Shown here: piece by piece, positions 32,864 through 43,793 of the stretch | Layout of the letters: each line of letters opens with the position of its first letter | How positions within the stretch are numbered: the first letter of the stretch is position 1 | Assembly (NCBI GenBank): GCA_937888435.1 | Contig: CALAQS010000277.1 | Coordinates: 1 to 51,797, forward strand | Direction of reading: 5' to 3' | Source: an uncultured Acidobacteriota bacterium | GTDB lineage: Bacteria > Acidobacteriota > Thermoanaerobaculia > UBA5066 | Length of the DNA stretch: 51,797 bases | Position numbers and translations under genes: made by a program | Notes under the pieces: generated by a model | What the model was told of the DNA's origin: nothing | The model's input: the letters and a program-made list of their open reading frames with translations, nothing else | Databases searched by the model: none

Positions 32864-33450
32864 CCGAGACCTCCGTCGGCCGCGAGCGCGAGGAGCGCCG
32901 CAGGCACCGCGCCCGCGAGTATCTCCGAGGAATCGACCGAGGCGAGGCCGCGGAAGATGAAGACGCCCAGGCCGCCGCCGCCGACGGCCGCCGCGATCGT
33001 GGCCGTGCCGATCGTCGTGACCGCCGCGATGCGAACGCCGGCGAGGATCGTCGGGGCGGCGAGCGGCAGCTCGACCCGGAACAGCCGCTGCCGGTCGGTC
33101 ATCCCCATCGCCACGGCGGACTCCACGACGGCGGGGTCGACGCCGAGGATCCCGGTGAGCGTGTTGCGCAGGATGGGGAGGAGCGCGTAGAGGACGAGCG
33201 CGACGACCGCCGTCCTCTTGCCGATGCCTCCGATGAAGGGAAGCGGAATGAGGAAGCCGAAGAGGGCGAGGCTCGGGATCGTCTGGACCACGTTCGTGAT
33301 TCCGAGGACGGCGCCGCGCCAGGCCTCTTTTCGGGTGAGAGAGATGCCCGTCGGGATGCCGATGAGGGACGCAATTGAAAGCGCGACCGCGACGAGCACG
33401 ATGTGCTCGCCCGTCAGCTCGGCGATCTCGTGCGCGAGGGTGGCCGGCAT
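32833..33450 (-). CDS. Osmoprotectant ABC transporter permease
   Basis: QTIPSLALFGFL, YALLPILRNT, ESAVAMGMT (EAA loop), VELPLA. Confidence 0.92.
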   Translation of the reverse strand: MPATLAHEIAELTGEHIVLVAVALSIASLIGIPTGISLTRKEAWRGAVLGITNVVQTIPSLALFGFLIPLPFIGGIGKRTAVVALVLYALLPILRNTLTGILGVDPAVVESAVAMGMTDRQRLFRVELPLAAPTILAGVRIAAVTTIGTATIAAAVGGGGLGVFIFRGLASVDSSEILAGAVPAALLALAADGGLGWIERRFARP

Positions 33451-34193
33451 CAGGCCTCCGGAAGGTCTTCGAGCGCGGCGAGGAAGATCCGCGCTTCGCC
33501 GCTCTTTTCGGCGAGGAATTCGCGAGGCGTCGCGACGATCTCGAGCCGCCCACCGTGAAGGAGCGCGATCCGCGTCGCGAGCGCGAGGGCTTCGCGGACG
33601 TCGTGGGTGACGAAAAGCGAGGTCTTCGTCCACGTGCTCCGGAGCGCCAGAAACTCGAGCTGAAGGTCGCGGCGCGTCACGGGGTCGAGCGCGCCGAACG
33701 GCTCGTCCATGAGGAGGAGCGACGGCTCCGCGGCGAGCGCGCGCGCCACGCCGACGCGCTGTCGCTGGCCTCCCGACAGCTCTCGCGGATATCGCGACCG
33801 GAACTCCTCGGGCGGAAGGCCGACCCGCGAAAGCAGATCGTCGACACGCGCGTCGATCCGGTCACGCTCCCACCCCAAGAGCTGAGGCACGACGGCGACA
33901 TTCCGGGCGACCGTGTAATGCGGAAAGAGGCCCGCCTCCTGGATCACATAGCCGATCCGGCGCCGGAGGAGAATCGGATCCCATTCGCGCGTGGGCTTGC
34001 CCTCGACGTAGACGTCGCCGGAGATCGGCGTGAGGAGCGCGTTCACCATTTTCAGGGCGGTCGTCTTTCCCGAGCCGCTCCGGCCGAGGAGGACGAGCGT
34101 CTCGCCCGCCGCGACTTCGAGATCGAAGTGGCGGAGGACCTCTTTCCCGCGAATGCCGTATGAGACATCCCGGAAAGCGATCGCCGGCTCCAT
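33450..34193 (-). CDS. Osmoprotectant ABC transporter ATP-binding subunit
   Basis: GRSGSGKTT, LRRRIGYVIQ, LSGGQRQRVG, LMDEPFGALDP. Confidence 0.93.
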   Translation of the reverse strand: MEPAIAFRDVSYGIRGKEVLRHFDLEVAAGETLVLLGRSGSGKTTALKMVNALLTPISGDVYVEGKPTREWDPILLRRRIGYVIQEAGLFPHYTVARNVAVVPQLLGWERDRIDARVDDLLSRVGLPPEEFRSRYPRELSGGQRQRVGVARALAAEPSLLLMDEPFGALDPVTRRDLQLEFLALRSTWTKTSLFVTHDVREALALATRIALLHGGRLEIVATPREFLAEKSGEARIFLAALEDLPEA

Positions 34194-34217
34194 CTGAAGT
34201 CCGTATATCGACGCGGA

Positions 34218-34688
34218 TCAGTCTTCGATCTGCTGGGTGAGGTAGTTCGGCAGCCCGATCTCCTCGATCTGCCCGAGCTGCGCCTCCAGCCAGTCGATGT
34301 GCTCCTCTTCTTCCTTCAGGATCTTCTCGAGCAGAAGCCGCGAGCCGTTGTCTCCCTTGGCGCGGCACGCCTCCAGGCCCGCGTTCAGGCGCGCGACGGC
34401 CGTCCGCTCGACCTCGAGATCGAAGCGGTGCTGGTCGGGGACGGTCTGCCCGACCTGGATCTTGAAGTAGCGCTGCATGTTCGGGGCGCCCTCGAGGTAG
34501 AGGATGCGCTCGATGAGCTCCTGCGCGTGCTTCATCTCCTCGATCGACTCGGTGCGCGAATGCTCGGCGAGCCTCTTGTAGTGCCAGTTACGGCACATCA
34601 TCGCGTGGATGAAGTACTGGTTGACGGCGGTGAGCTCGGCCGTGAGCACCTCGTTGAGGAGGGTGATGACGTCTTCTTCTCCGCGCAT
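34218..34688 (-). CDS. bfr: Bacterioferritin
   Basis: ELTAVNQYFIH, EEMKHA (heme Met), ERILYLEG, EEEHIDWLE. Confidence 0.95.
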   Translation of the reverse strand: MRGEEDVITLLNEVLTAELTAVNQYFIHAMMCRNWHYKRLAEHSRTESIEEMKHAQELIERILYLEGAPNMQRYFKIQVGQTVPDQHRFDLEVERTAVARLNAGLEACRAKGDNGSRLLLEKILKEEEEHIDWLEAQLGQIEEIGLPNYLTQQIED

Positions 34689-34712
34689 TCTTCCTCCGGT
34701 TCACGAGGATTA

Positions 34713-36041
34713 TCAGTCGGGAAGGAGCTCCCGCGTGAGGTTGCGGTTCGCGCCCTTTGCCACGAGGATGTTGTCCTCGATGCGGATGCCGCCCGAAGGA
34801 ATGAGCCGGTCCACGAGCCCCCAGTCGAAGGCGTCCCGGTTCGTCCCCGAGCGGTACGGATCGAGCAGCATCGGAATGAAGTAGAGCCCCGGCTCGATCG
34901 TGAAGACCATGCGCTCCTCGATGACGCGCGTCGTCCTGAGGGCCGGGTGGCCGTCGGGCGGCGGTGCGATCGTGCCTTCGCGGTCGATCTGGCGGCCCGC
35001 GACGTCGTGCACCTGAATGCCGAGGAAGTGGCCGAGGCCGTGCGGCAGGAACGGGTGCGTGAGACCTTTTTCGAACGCCTTGGTGCCCGAGACGCGAAAA
35101 ACACCGGCCTCGGAGAGGAGCGCGCCCACGCCCCGATGGGTCTCGAGGTGCAGGTCGACGTACGAAGTTCCGGGGCGGCCCTGCACGCAGAGGCGCGCCT
35201 GCAGCGTCTTCATGCCGTCGAGGAGCAGCGCGAAGACGGGATCGGCCGCGGCCGTGACGTATGTGCGCGTGATGTCGGACGCGTAGCCGCGCACGGCCGC
35301 GCCGGCGTCGATCAGGAAGACGCGGGCATTTCCGGCCTCCCGCCCGCGCTTTCCGTGATAGTGGAGCGTGGCGGCGTGGTGGTCGAGCCCGACGATCGTC
35401 GTGTAAGGGAGCGCCTCCTCGACGTCGCCGAGCGCGGCGAGATATGAGTGGTGGATCTCGATCTCCGGGGCGCCGGCGCGGAACGCGGCCTCGGCGGCGC
35501 GGTGTGCGGGCGCGGCCTTCGCCGTCGCGGCCGAGATCGCGTCGACTTCCCAGTCGCTCTTGTACGAGCGCTCCCAGTCGAGGCGCGCGACGAGCGCCTT
35601 CGGGTTCACGCCCGCGGGCGGGACCCCGTGTGCGCCGGCCTCCTCCGCAGCGGCGCCCACGAACGCGGTGCGTTGGCCGGCCGCTCCGATTTCCTTCCAG
35701 GCCGCGTCGGGTGTCGCCACCTCCACGACGTCGAATTCACGGCGCACGAAGTCGGGCGCGGGCGCGGGCGGCGCGTACCAGAAGTCGCGCGGCTGGACGC
35801 GCACGAGGCGCGGCCGCTTGCCCGGCACGACGTCGAGCAGGTGGTGCGGGCCGTCCACGGGCGCCCAGTGCGTGAAGTGGGGTGTCGAATGGAACGGCGC
35901 GTCGTCGTCGTCGGCGAAGTACGTGAACGGGACGCCCGAGTGGATCAACAGCCGGTCGAATCCGGTCTCCTCGAGCGCGCGGGCGGTCGTCGCGGCGCGC
36001 GCGGCGACGTGGGCGGAGTAGGTCGCGAGAGAGGCCGCCAT
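34713..36041 (-). CDS. pepQ: Xaa-Pro dipeptidase (prolidase)
   Basis: LIDAGA, YASDITRT, PHGLGHFLGIQVHDV, FTIEPGLYF, GGIRIEDN. Confidence 0.9.
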   Translation of the reverse strand: MAASLATYSAHVAARAATTARALEETGFDRLLIHSGVPFTYFADDDDAPFHSTPHFTHWAPVDGPHHLLDVVPGKRPRLVRVQPRDFWYAPPAPAPDFVRREFDVVEVATPDAAWKEIGAAGQRTAFVGAAAEEAGAHGVPPAGVNPKALVARLDWERSYKSDWEVDAISAATAKAAPAHRAAEAAFRAGAPEIEIHHSYLAALGDVEEALPYTTIVGLDHHAATLHYHGKRGREAGNARVFLIDAGAAVRGYASDITRTYVTAAADPVFALLLDGMKTLQARLCVQGRPGTSYVDLHLETHRGVGALLSEAGVFRVSGTKAFEKGLTHPFLPHGLGHFLGIQVHDVAGRQIDREGTIAPPPDGHPALRTTRVIEERMVFTIEPGLYFIPMLLDPYRSGTNRDAFDWGLVDRLIPSGGIRIEDNILVAKGANRNLTRELLPD

Positions 36042-36048
36042 CGCGATC

Positions 36049-36654
36049 CTAGGGGTTCTTCTTGTTCGCCTCGACGGTAATGGCGAGGTCGACGTCGTCC
36101 GAGAGCATCGCGTTCCCGTCCACGATGCTGTTCCAGCTCACGCCGAAGTCTTTCCGGTTCAGCTTTCCCGTCACGTCGAAGCCGGCCTTCTGTCCGCCGT
36201 GCCCGTCGCTCGCGAAGCCGTTCGCCGACACGGTCAGGACGACGGGCTTCGTCACGCCCCGGATCGTGAGGTCGCCCGTCACATCGTAGACGTCCTTTCC
36301 CTTCGTGGCGACCTTCGTGGACGTGAACGTGATCTGCGGGAACTTCGCGGTGTCGAAGAAATCCGGGGAGTTGAGGTGCTTGTCGCGGGTCGGGTTGCCG
36401 GTGTCGAGGCTCGCCGCGTCGATCGTGAGGTGCACGGCGCTCGCCGCGGGGTTCGCGCGGTCGATCTCGATCGTGCCGTCGAACTTCGTGAAGCGGCCGC
36501 CGACCTTCGAGACGAAGTGGCGCACCTTGAAGTCGAACTCGGTGTGAGCCTTGTCGAACGTGAAGGTCTCCTTCTCGGCCCGTGCGCCGGGCGCGAGCGC
36601 GAGGACGGTGAGCGCCACGAGGGGCGCGAGGCGGCGGAGTCGGATCATGAGCAC
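36049..36654 (-). CDS. YceI-family periplasmic lipid/polyisoprenoid-binding protein
   Basis: Signal peptide; DKAHT, RDKHLNSPDFFD, GDLTIRGVTKPV, RKDFG. Confidence 0.92.
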   Translation of the reverse strand: MLMIRLRRLAPLVALTVLALAPGARAEKETFTFDKAHTEFDFKVRHFVSKVGGRFTKFDGTIEIDRANPAASAVHLTIDAASLDTGNPTRDKHLNSPDFFDTAKFPQITFTSTKVATKGKDVYDVTGDLTIRGVTKPVVLTVSANGFASDGHGGQKAGFDVTGKLNRKDFGVSWNSIVDGNAMLSDDVDLAITVEANKKNP

Positions 36655-36743
36655 AAGTTCTCCTTTTTCCGGTAGATTGTAGGCTTGGTCCCGGCGCGCG
36701 CGAGTCTAGACGAGTGACTTTTCAGAGGAAAGCGGAGGAGCTC

Positions 36744-37193
36744 ATGCCCGAAAACAGTGTTCAGGTTTATGCGTCTCACCGTCGATGGGATCCCTGGTAT
36801 CACTTTTTCGCCTTCTCAGTCGTCTCGATCTCGTTCTTCGGGGCGCTCTGGCTCTTCATCAAGAGCCTCGCGGGCGGCTTTTCGATCTGGGCCGCCTGGA
36901 ACGTGGTCGCTTGGGCGGCCGCGATCGTGCTGGCGCTGAGGGTCAGGGTCTACCCCTTGAAGGTACAGGACCGAATCATCCGCCTCGAGGAACGGCTGCG
37001 GCTCGCGACGCTGCTCGACGAGCCTCTCAAGGCGCGCATCGGCGAGCTCGACGTCAGGCAGCTCGTCGGGCTGCGCTTCGCCTCGGACGCCGAGGTGCCG
37101 GGGCTCGTGAAGATCGCGCTCGACGAGAAGCTGTCGGGCGAGGAGATCAAGAAGCGCATCCAGAGCTGGCGCCCCGACACCTTTCGCGTCTAG
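36744..37193 (+). CDS. Small membrane protein, probably DUF6526-like
   Basis: SD GGAGGAG; HRRWDPWYHF, two TM, LKVQDRIIRLEERLR, LRFASD, WRPDTFRV. Confidence 0.7.
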   Translation: MPENSVQVYASHRRWDPWYHFFAFSVVSISFFGALWLFIKSLAGGFSIWAAWNVVAWAAAIVLALRVRVYPLKVQDRIIRLEERLRLATLLDEPLKARIGELDVRQLVGLRFASDAEVPGLVKIALDEKLSGEEIKKRIQSWRPDTFRV

Positions 37194-37202
37194 ATTTTCC
37201 CT

Positions 37203-37994
37203 CTAGTCGAATCCGGCCGCAGCCTCCGCGAAGAGCTCGTGGCGGACGGCGTCCATCTCCGCTCGCGTGCGCGACAGCAGTGCCGGAAGGTCGTCCTCCG
37301 TCATTCCGGCCGTCGGGATCGGCTCGAGAACCTTAACCTTGAGGCGGCCCGGACGGACCAGCAGCCGCCTCGCGTCGAGGACGGCGGCAAGCGGCCCGAC
37401 GACGAACGGCACGACCGGCACCTGCGCCGCGATGGCGAGGTGAAACGCGCCCTTTTTGAACGGGAGCATCTCGGGGCCCTGGTTCCGGTGCCCCTCGGGC
37501 GCCATCCAGACGCGCCAACCCTCCCCCTGGATTCGGCTTGCGGCCTCTGCGATCGAGGTTCGCGCCTTCGCGGCGTCCTCGCGGTTGATCAGGATGTTGC
37601 CCGTCGCGCGAAACAGCCAGCCGAAGATCGGGATGAGGCCGATCTGCTTCTTGCCGATGACCACCGTCGAATCGGGAAAGAAGGCGGCCCACACGACGAT
37701 ATCGAGATTCGACTGGTGGTTTCCCACGAGCACCGCCGGGCGGTGCTCGACGAGCCGCTCGGCGTGCTCCACCTCGAGCGTCCAGCCGAGGGCCGCCATC
37801 ATCAGGCCCGACCATCGGTCCAACCAACGCCGCGTGGCGCGGTCGCGCTCCCACTTCAGGACGACGAGGCGAAAGAGCGCGAGGAGGGAGAGGCCGATGA
37901 AGAGGGCGCCTCCGAAGAGTGACGCGGCGACGAAATACGCCCGGATGAAGAGCCGGCGCAGGGCACCGGCAATTCCGCCTTTCGGTTCGGGCAT
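37203..37994 (-). CDS. plsC: 1-acyl-sn-glycerol-3-phosphate acyltransferase
   Basis: NHQSNLD (HX4D), PEGHR, PFKKGAF. Confidence 0.9.
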   Translation of the reverse strand: MPEPKGGIAGALRRLFIRAYFVAASLFGGALFIGLSLLALFRLVVLKWERDRATRRWLDRWSGLMMAALGWTLEVEHAERLVEHRPAVLVGNHQSNLDIVVWAAFFPDSTVVIGKKQIGLIPIFGWLFRATGNILINREDAAKARTSIAEAASRIQGEGWRVWMAPEGHRNQGPEMLPFKKGAFHLAIAAQVPVVPFVVGPLAAVLDARRLLVRPGRLKVKVLEPIPTAGMTEDDLPALLSRTRAEMDAVRHELFAEAAAGFD

Positions 37995-38012
37995 GCCGCA
38001 ATATAGCCCGCG

Positions 38013-39236
38013 GTGAAGCCGGACGTCGTCGTCTTGGGAGGGGGCGCGGCGGGCCTTCTCGCGGCGCTCGCAGCCGCGCGCGGCGGCCGGCGTGTCCTCG
38101 CGCTCGAGGCCGCGAAGGACGCGGGCCGGAAGATCCTCGTGTCCGGCGGCGGCCGCTGCAACATTTTGCCGATGGAGGACGCGCCCGCGCGCTTCGTCTC
38201 TGAGTCGCCGAACCGCCTCGTGCGCCGCTTTCTCGACCGGTGGCCGCTTTCCGAGCAGCGCCTGTTCTTCGAGGAGCTTCTCGGGGGAGAGCTTCGCGAG
38301 GAGCCCGAGTCCAGGAAGCTCTTCCCGCCCTCGAATCGGGCGAAGGACGTGCGCGATGCGCTGAGGGAGGCGCTGGCGGCCGCGGGAGGGACGCTGCGCA
38401 CGGCGGCGCCCGTGCGCGACCTCGTGCGCTCAAGCGACGGCTTCGCCGTACGCCTCGACGGGGGAGAGGAGATCGCCGCGCCGCGCGTGATCCTCGCGAC
38501 CGGCGGGCGCTCCGTGCTCGCGGGCGGCGCGGACGCGGCTGGATTCGCGTGGGCCGCGGCCATGGGCCACACGGTGCGGCCGACGTACCCGGCGCTCGTG
38601 CCGCTCACGGGCGACGCGCCCGCCCATCACGCGCTCGCGGGCGTCGCGCTCGCGGCGCGCGTCACCGCGCGGAGCTCCGGCGAGCGCGCGGCGTCGACCG
38701 GCGGCTTCCTCTTCACTCACAAGGGCTGGAGCGGCCCGGCGGTACTCGACGTCTCGCACGTCGTCGAGCGCGCCGCGCTCGGGGGAGCGAGCGCCGAGGT
38801 CCGGGTTTGCTTCGGCGGATCTCCCGCCTCGCAGTGGGACGCAGCGCTCAAGGGCGCAGCCGGGGCCCGTTCTCTTTCTTCCTTTCTAAGCAGATCTTCA
38901 TTGCCCGAGCGCCTGGCAAGCCTCGTTCTCGAAACGGCACGGGTCCCCGACGTCCAGCTTTCCTATCTCTCGCGCGAAGCGCGCGTGCGGGTCGTGGAAA
39001 CGCTGACCGCGTTTCCCCTCCCCGCGACGGGGACCGAGGGCTACCGCACGGCGGAGGTGACAGGGGGCGGCATCGCGCTCGAGGACGTGGACCCGGGAAG
39101 CGGGCGCAGCCGGCTCGTGCCCGGCCTCTTTTTGGCGGGTGAGATCCTCGACGCCTTCGGCCCGATCGGCGGCTTCAACTTCCAGTGGGCGTGGGCGACC
39201 GGCCGCACCGCCGGCGAGGCCGTGGCGCGCGCCTGA
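38013..39236 (+). CDS. HI0933/BaiN-like FAD-dependent oxidoreductase
   Basis: GGGAAG, GRKILVSGGGRCN, LFTHKGWSGP, VTGGG, GGFNFQWAWATG. Confidence 0.9.
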   Translation: MKPDVVVLGGGAAGLLAALAAARGGRRVLALEAAKDAGRKILVSGGGRCNILPMEDAPARFVSESPNRLVRRFLDRWPLSEQRLFFEELLGGELREEPESRKLFPPSNRAKDVRDALREALAAAGGTLRTAAPVRDLVRSSDGFAVRLDGGEEIAAPRVILATGGRSVLAGGADAAGFAWAAAMGHTVRPTYPALVPLTGDAPAHHALAGVALAARVTARSSGERAASTGGFLFTHKGWSGPAVLDVSHVVERAALGGASAEVRVCFGGSPASQWDAALKGAAGARSLSSFLSRSSLPERLASLVLETARVPDVQLSYLSREARVRVVETLTAFPLPATGTEGYRTAEVTGGGIALEDVDPGSGRSRLVPGLFLAGEILDAFGPIGGFNFQWAWATGRTAGEAVARA

Positions 39237-39238
39237 AT

Positions 39239-39913
39239 CTAGATCTTCGCGCCGTCCCACCAGCTCGAGAGATGCGCCGTCGGGAGTTCCGGGGCGCCGC
39301 GCTCGTAGTGGGAGACGTCGTTGAAAAGCGTCAGCCGGGCGTGGGAGGGGTCCTTGAAGTCGAGGACGTTGAGGCAGGCGGGGCTCTGGTCGAGGCGGTC
39401 CCGGTAGAAGCGCGGGTCGAAGCCGATGAGCACCGAGACGAGGAGGCGAATCGTGGCCTTGTGCGAGACGACGAGGAACGTGCGTCCGGCCTGCGCGGCG
39501 ACGAGCCCGATGAGCGCGGGAAGCGCGCGCGCCGTCACGGCCAGCCCGCTCTCGCCTCCTTCCGGGGCGAACGTATACGGGTCCGAGTCCCAGCGCGCGT
39601 ACTCCTCGGGCCAGAGTGCCTCGACCTCGCGGCGCGCCTTCGTCTCCCAGCGGCCGTGCGAGATTTCCCGGAGCGCCGGGACGGGAACGACCGGGAGGCC
39701 GTGCGGCTCGGCGAGGATGCCGGCGCTCTCGAGGGTGCGGCGCATCGGGCTCGCGTAGACGGTCGAGAGGGGCTCGTGCGCGAGGCGGTCGGCGAGATGG
39801 CGAAGCTGCGCGCGCCCCGAATCCGAGAGGTCCACGTCCGTCTCGCCGGCGAAGCGGTCCTCGGCCGAGAGCGTCGTGGCCCCGTGCCGGACGAGATAGA
39901 CGCGCGTCGGCAT
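39239..39913 (-). CDS. Histidine phosphatase (phosphoglycerate mutase family)
   Basis: LVRHGAT, SPMRRT, LREISHGRWE, VSHKATIR. Confidence 0.9.
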   Translation of the reverse strand: MPTRVYLVRHGATTLSAEDRFAGETDVDLSDSGRAQLRHLADRLAHEPLSTVYASPMRRTLESAGILAEPHGLPVVPVPALREISHGRWETKARREVEALWPEEYARWDSDPYTFAPEGGESGLAVTARALPALIGLVAAQAGRTFLVVSHKATIRLLVSVLIGFDPRFYRDRLDQSPACLNVLDFKDPSHARLTLFNDVSHYERGAPELPTAHLSSWWDGAKI

Positions 39914-39914
39914 G

Positions 39915-40268
39915 TCAGCCCTTCACCAGGAAGCCCTTCGAAGGCAAGAGGACACGCAGGCGCTCGCGCCACTCTCCCTGCAGCTCGATCGTCGCGTCGG
40001 CGACGGAGCCCCCGGTTCCGAGGGCCTTCTTGAGCTCTTTTGCCAAGCCTTCTAAGAAATCCGAATTCCGCGGCAACCCATCGAGAACCGTGACCGTTTT
40101 CCCACCGCGACCCTTCGACTCGAGCCGCAGCTTGACGACGACTTTCGAAGGAATCTTCTCTTCTTCCTTCGAAGAGCACTTGCATTGGTCCGACGGCCAG
40201 CCGCACGTCGCACAGACGCGCCCGACCCCGGTCGAGTACACGAGCCGCACGGGATCTGGCCGGGTCAC
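39915..40268 (-). CDS. yciH: SUI1/eIF1-like translation factor YciH
   Basis: LVYST, CxxC..C, KGRGGKTVT, LKKALGTGGSV, IELQGE. Confidence 0.9.
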   Translation of the reverse strand: MTRPDPVRLVYSTGVGRVCATCGWPSDQCKCSSKEEEKIPSKVVVKLRLESKGRGGKTVTVLDGLPRNSDFLEGLAKELKKALGTGGSVADATIELQGEWRERLRVLLPSKGFLVKG

Positions 40269-40291
40269 GCCGGGATTATCCTCTGCCCCCC

Positions 40292-40723
40292 ATGGCCGAT
40301 CCGATCCCGGTCGCCCCGGGCGTCACGATTCCGGCGGCCGCGCTCGAGGCGCGGCAGGTGCGGGCATCGGGACCGGGCGGGCAGAACGTGAACAAGGTGG
40401 CGTCCCGCGTGGAGCTGCTCGTGGATGTGGCGCAGATCGAAGGCCTCGACTCCGCCGCGCGCCTTCGGCTTTACGCCCTGGCCGGAAGGCGCCGGGCGGC
40501 CGACGGGCGGCTTCGCCTCGTCGCCCAGGAGAGCCGCGACCGGCACCGGAATCTGGAGACCGCCCGCGAGCGCGCCCGGGACCTCGTCGGCCGGGCGCTC
40601 CGGGTTCCCGCTGCCCGGCGGGCCACGCGGCCTTCCCGAGGCGCCCGGGAGGCCCGGTTGCGGGAGAAGGTGCGGGAAGGCCTCCTCAAGGCGGCCCGCC
40701 GCCCGGTCGGGGCCGACGAATAG
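40292..40723 (+). CDS. arfB: Alternative ribosome rescue factor B (peptidyl-tRNA hydrolase)
   Basis: RASGPGGQNVNKV, basic C-terminal tail RRATRPSRG. Confidence 0.92.
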   Translation: MADPIPVAPGVTIPAAALEARQVRASGPGGQNVNKVASRVELLVDVAQIEGLDSAARLRLYALAGRRRAADGRLRLVAQESRDRHRNLETARERARDLVGRALRVPAARRATRPSRGAREARLREKVREGLLKAARRPVGADE

Positions 40724-40809
40724 CACATCTGAACTACTGCAAGTCGCGGGTCCTGGCCACATGGTGGAGGCTGGCGGGCCAGGGGGCCTCGGCCGAGGAG
40801 GATTCGACT

Positions 40810-42142
<1,333 letters not shown>

Positions 42143-42156
<14 letters not shown>

Positions 42157-42559
42157 CAGGCAGGCGCGTGATCGGGGACGGCCGCCGTTCCTCGTCCACG
42201 TTCACGTAGACGACCTCGGCCTCGGTCACCTTCACGGTCTCGTCCGTCTTCCGCCAGCGCTCGGCGGTGACGACGACCTTGATGGTGATCGAGGTTCGGC
42301 CGACGCGGATGACGGTCGTGTAGAAGCTCACGATGTCGCCCACGTAGACCGGGGCATGGAAGACGACTTCGTTCATCTTCACGGTGAGAACCCGGTCGCA
42401 GTGCGGCCGCGTCGCGATCGCTCCGGCCTGGTCGATGTAGGCGAGGAGCACCCCGCCGAAGATCGTGCCGTGGCTGTTCGTGTCGCGCGGGAACATCGAC
42501 ACGCGGATCGCGGGCTGGAGGCCTGAGGAAGAAGATCGAGCGACGGTCTCGGAGTCCAT
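42143..42559 (-). CDS. Acyl-CoA thioesterase (hotdog fold, YciA-like)
   Basis: [35 protein letters not shown]. Confidence 0.9.
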
Positions 42560-42592
42560 GGCGGGATTATGGCCGGCTAATAGAATCCCCTC

Positions 42593-42967
42593 GTGCCGAA
42601 GATCTCTCCGCGCAAGGAAGTCACCGACCACCCGCTCTATCGGGCGGCCATGGCCGCGCAGCATCTTGCCTATCAGCTCATGCGCGGGGTGCCGCCCGAG
42701 CACAAGGCCGCCGCCACGCGGCTGCACGCATCGCTCGTCCATGCAACGACATACGCGGCCTACGTGGTCGACCCGGACGCCCCCGACAAGGAGGCGCAGC
42801 GGGCGGGCCTCGCCGGCACCGCCGCTCGGGCGAAAGAGCAGCTCGAGCCGCTCGCCCAGTTCGCCGCCGATGCGCGCGACGTGGAGAAGCTGAGCGAAAA
42901 GATCAGCGAGCTCTCCTCGGCAGGCGGAAAAGGGGTCATTCTTCCTTCTTCTTCGTCCCCAAGATGA
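42593..42967 (+). CDS. Helical hypothetical protein, possibly a highly diverged four-helix-bundle (23S rRNA IVS protein-like)
   Basis: TAGAAT 6 nt before GTG; [25 protein letters not shown] resembles the family N-terminus. Confidence 0.55.
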   Translation: MPKISPRKEVTDHPLYRAAMAAQHLAYQLMRGVPPEHKAAATRLHASLVHATTYAAYVVDPDAPDKEAQRAGLAGTAARAKEQLEPLAQFAADARDVEKLSEKISELSSAGGKGVILPSSSSPR

Positions 42968-43262
42968 CGAGCACGATGAGAAGGAGCAGGACGATGAGCC
43001 CGATGACGATCGTCGTCGTGCGCGACGAGCCTGCGGGTAGCTCGGGTGTCGCAGCCTCTGTTTTCGCAGCGGACGCGGGCTTTGCGGCCTCGGCCATGGC
43101 GGGAGCCGCGGTCGAAGCAGAGGTCGTCGACACGGCCGGAGCCGCGGCGGCCTCGGTGGGCTTCGGCGTGGTACCCGAACTGGCCGTCGACTGCGAGAAC
43201 GCTGCGGGCGAGACGAGGGCGAGGGCCAGGAGGAGAGCGGAGATCGCGGAGCGTCGGTTCAT
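42936..43262 (-). CDS. Small exported Ala/Thr/Ser-rich protein with C-terminal membrane anchor
   Basis: Signal peptide ending AFS; low-complexity linker; C-terminal [24 protein letters not shown]. Confidence 0.7.
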   Translation of the reverse strand: MNRRSAISALLLALALVSPAAFSQSTASSGTTPKPTEAAAAPAVSTTSASTAAPAMAEAAKPASAAKTEAATPELPAGSSRTTTIVIGLIVLLLLIVLVILGTKKKEE

Positions 43263-43322
43263 AACCCGTGAAACTATCGGGCGGACGGGGATGCGTCAAG
43301 CGGCCTGCCGGGCCGTCCTGAC

Positions 43323-43694
43323 CTAGTGTGTCCGCTCGCCCGACCGTTCTTCCCGGAGCTGGGCCAGCTCGGCCCTGAGAGCGGAGAGATCGGTCAGGAG
43401 GCTCTCGCGGTCGGCCTCGGGGATCCCGGCGAGGGCGGGTTCGGAGGTCAGCAGGCTCGCCACCTCGGCCAGCTTCGTCTCGGCGAGGCCGAGCGCCTCC
43501 TCCACGTCGCTGCCCGGAAGGTCGAGAAAAGCCTCTCCGACGAGCGACGGAACCGAGACCGCGGCCTTCCGGAGCCGAGCGCCGGCCTCGGTGCCCTTCG
43601 CCCCGGCGGCCTCGACGGCGGCGTACACGGTGTGAGCAAAGCTCATTCCGCGCTTCCAGGTCGGGAGGTTCTTGTAGTCGCTCACCCTCGCCAT
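43323..43694 (-). CDS. Four-helix-bundle protein (23S rRNA intervening-sequence protein-like)
   Basis: YKNLPTWKRGM..VY and LRKAAVSVPSLVGE resemble the family consensus L.VW..A..VY and RRAAVSIPSNIAEG. Confidence 0.72.
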   Translation of the reverse strand: MARVSDYKNLPTWKRGMSFAHTVYAAVEAAGAKGTEAGARLRKAAVSVPSLVGEAFLDLPGSDVEEALGLAETKLAEVASLLTSEPALAGIPEADRESLLTDLSALRAELAQLREERSGERTH

Positions 43695-43793
43695 CCTAGT
43701 ACGTTTGCATGGTCGTCCGCGTCACAATCCCGGTGCTAGGCTCACTGTTCGGGCACGTCTGGCGACCTTGACGTGCGAGGAAGGAGCGAAGCC

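Noticed and set aside
39616-40809. 846-aa citrate synthase fusion in the ORF track
   Set aside because: The extension overlaps the phosphatase gene, yciH and arfB; the real start is ATG 40810 with a strong SD
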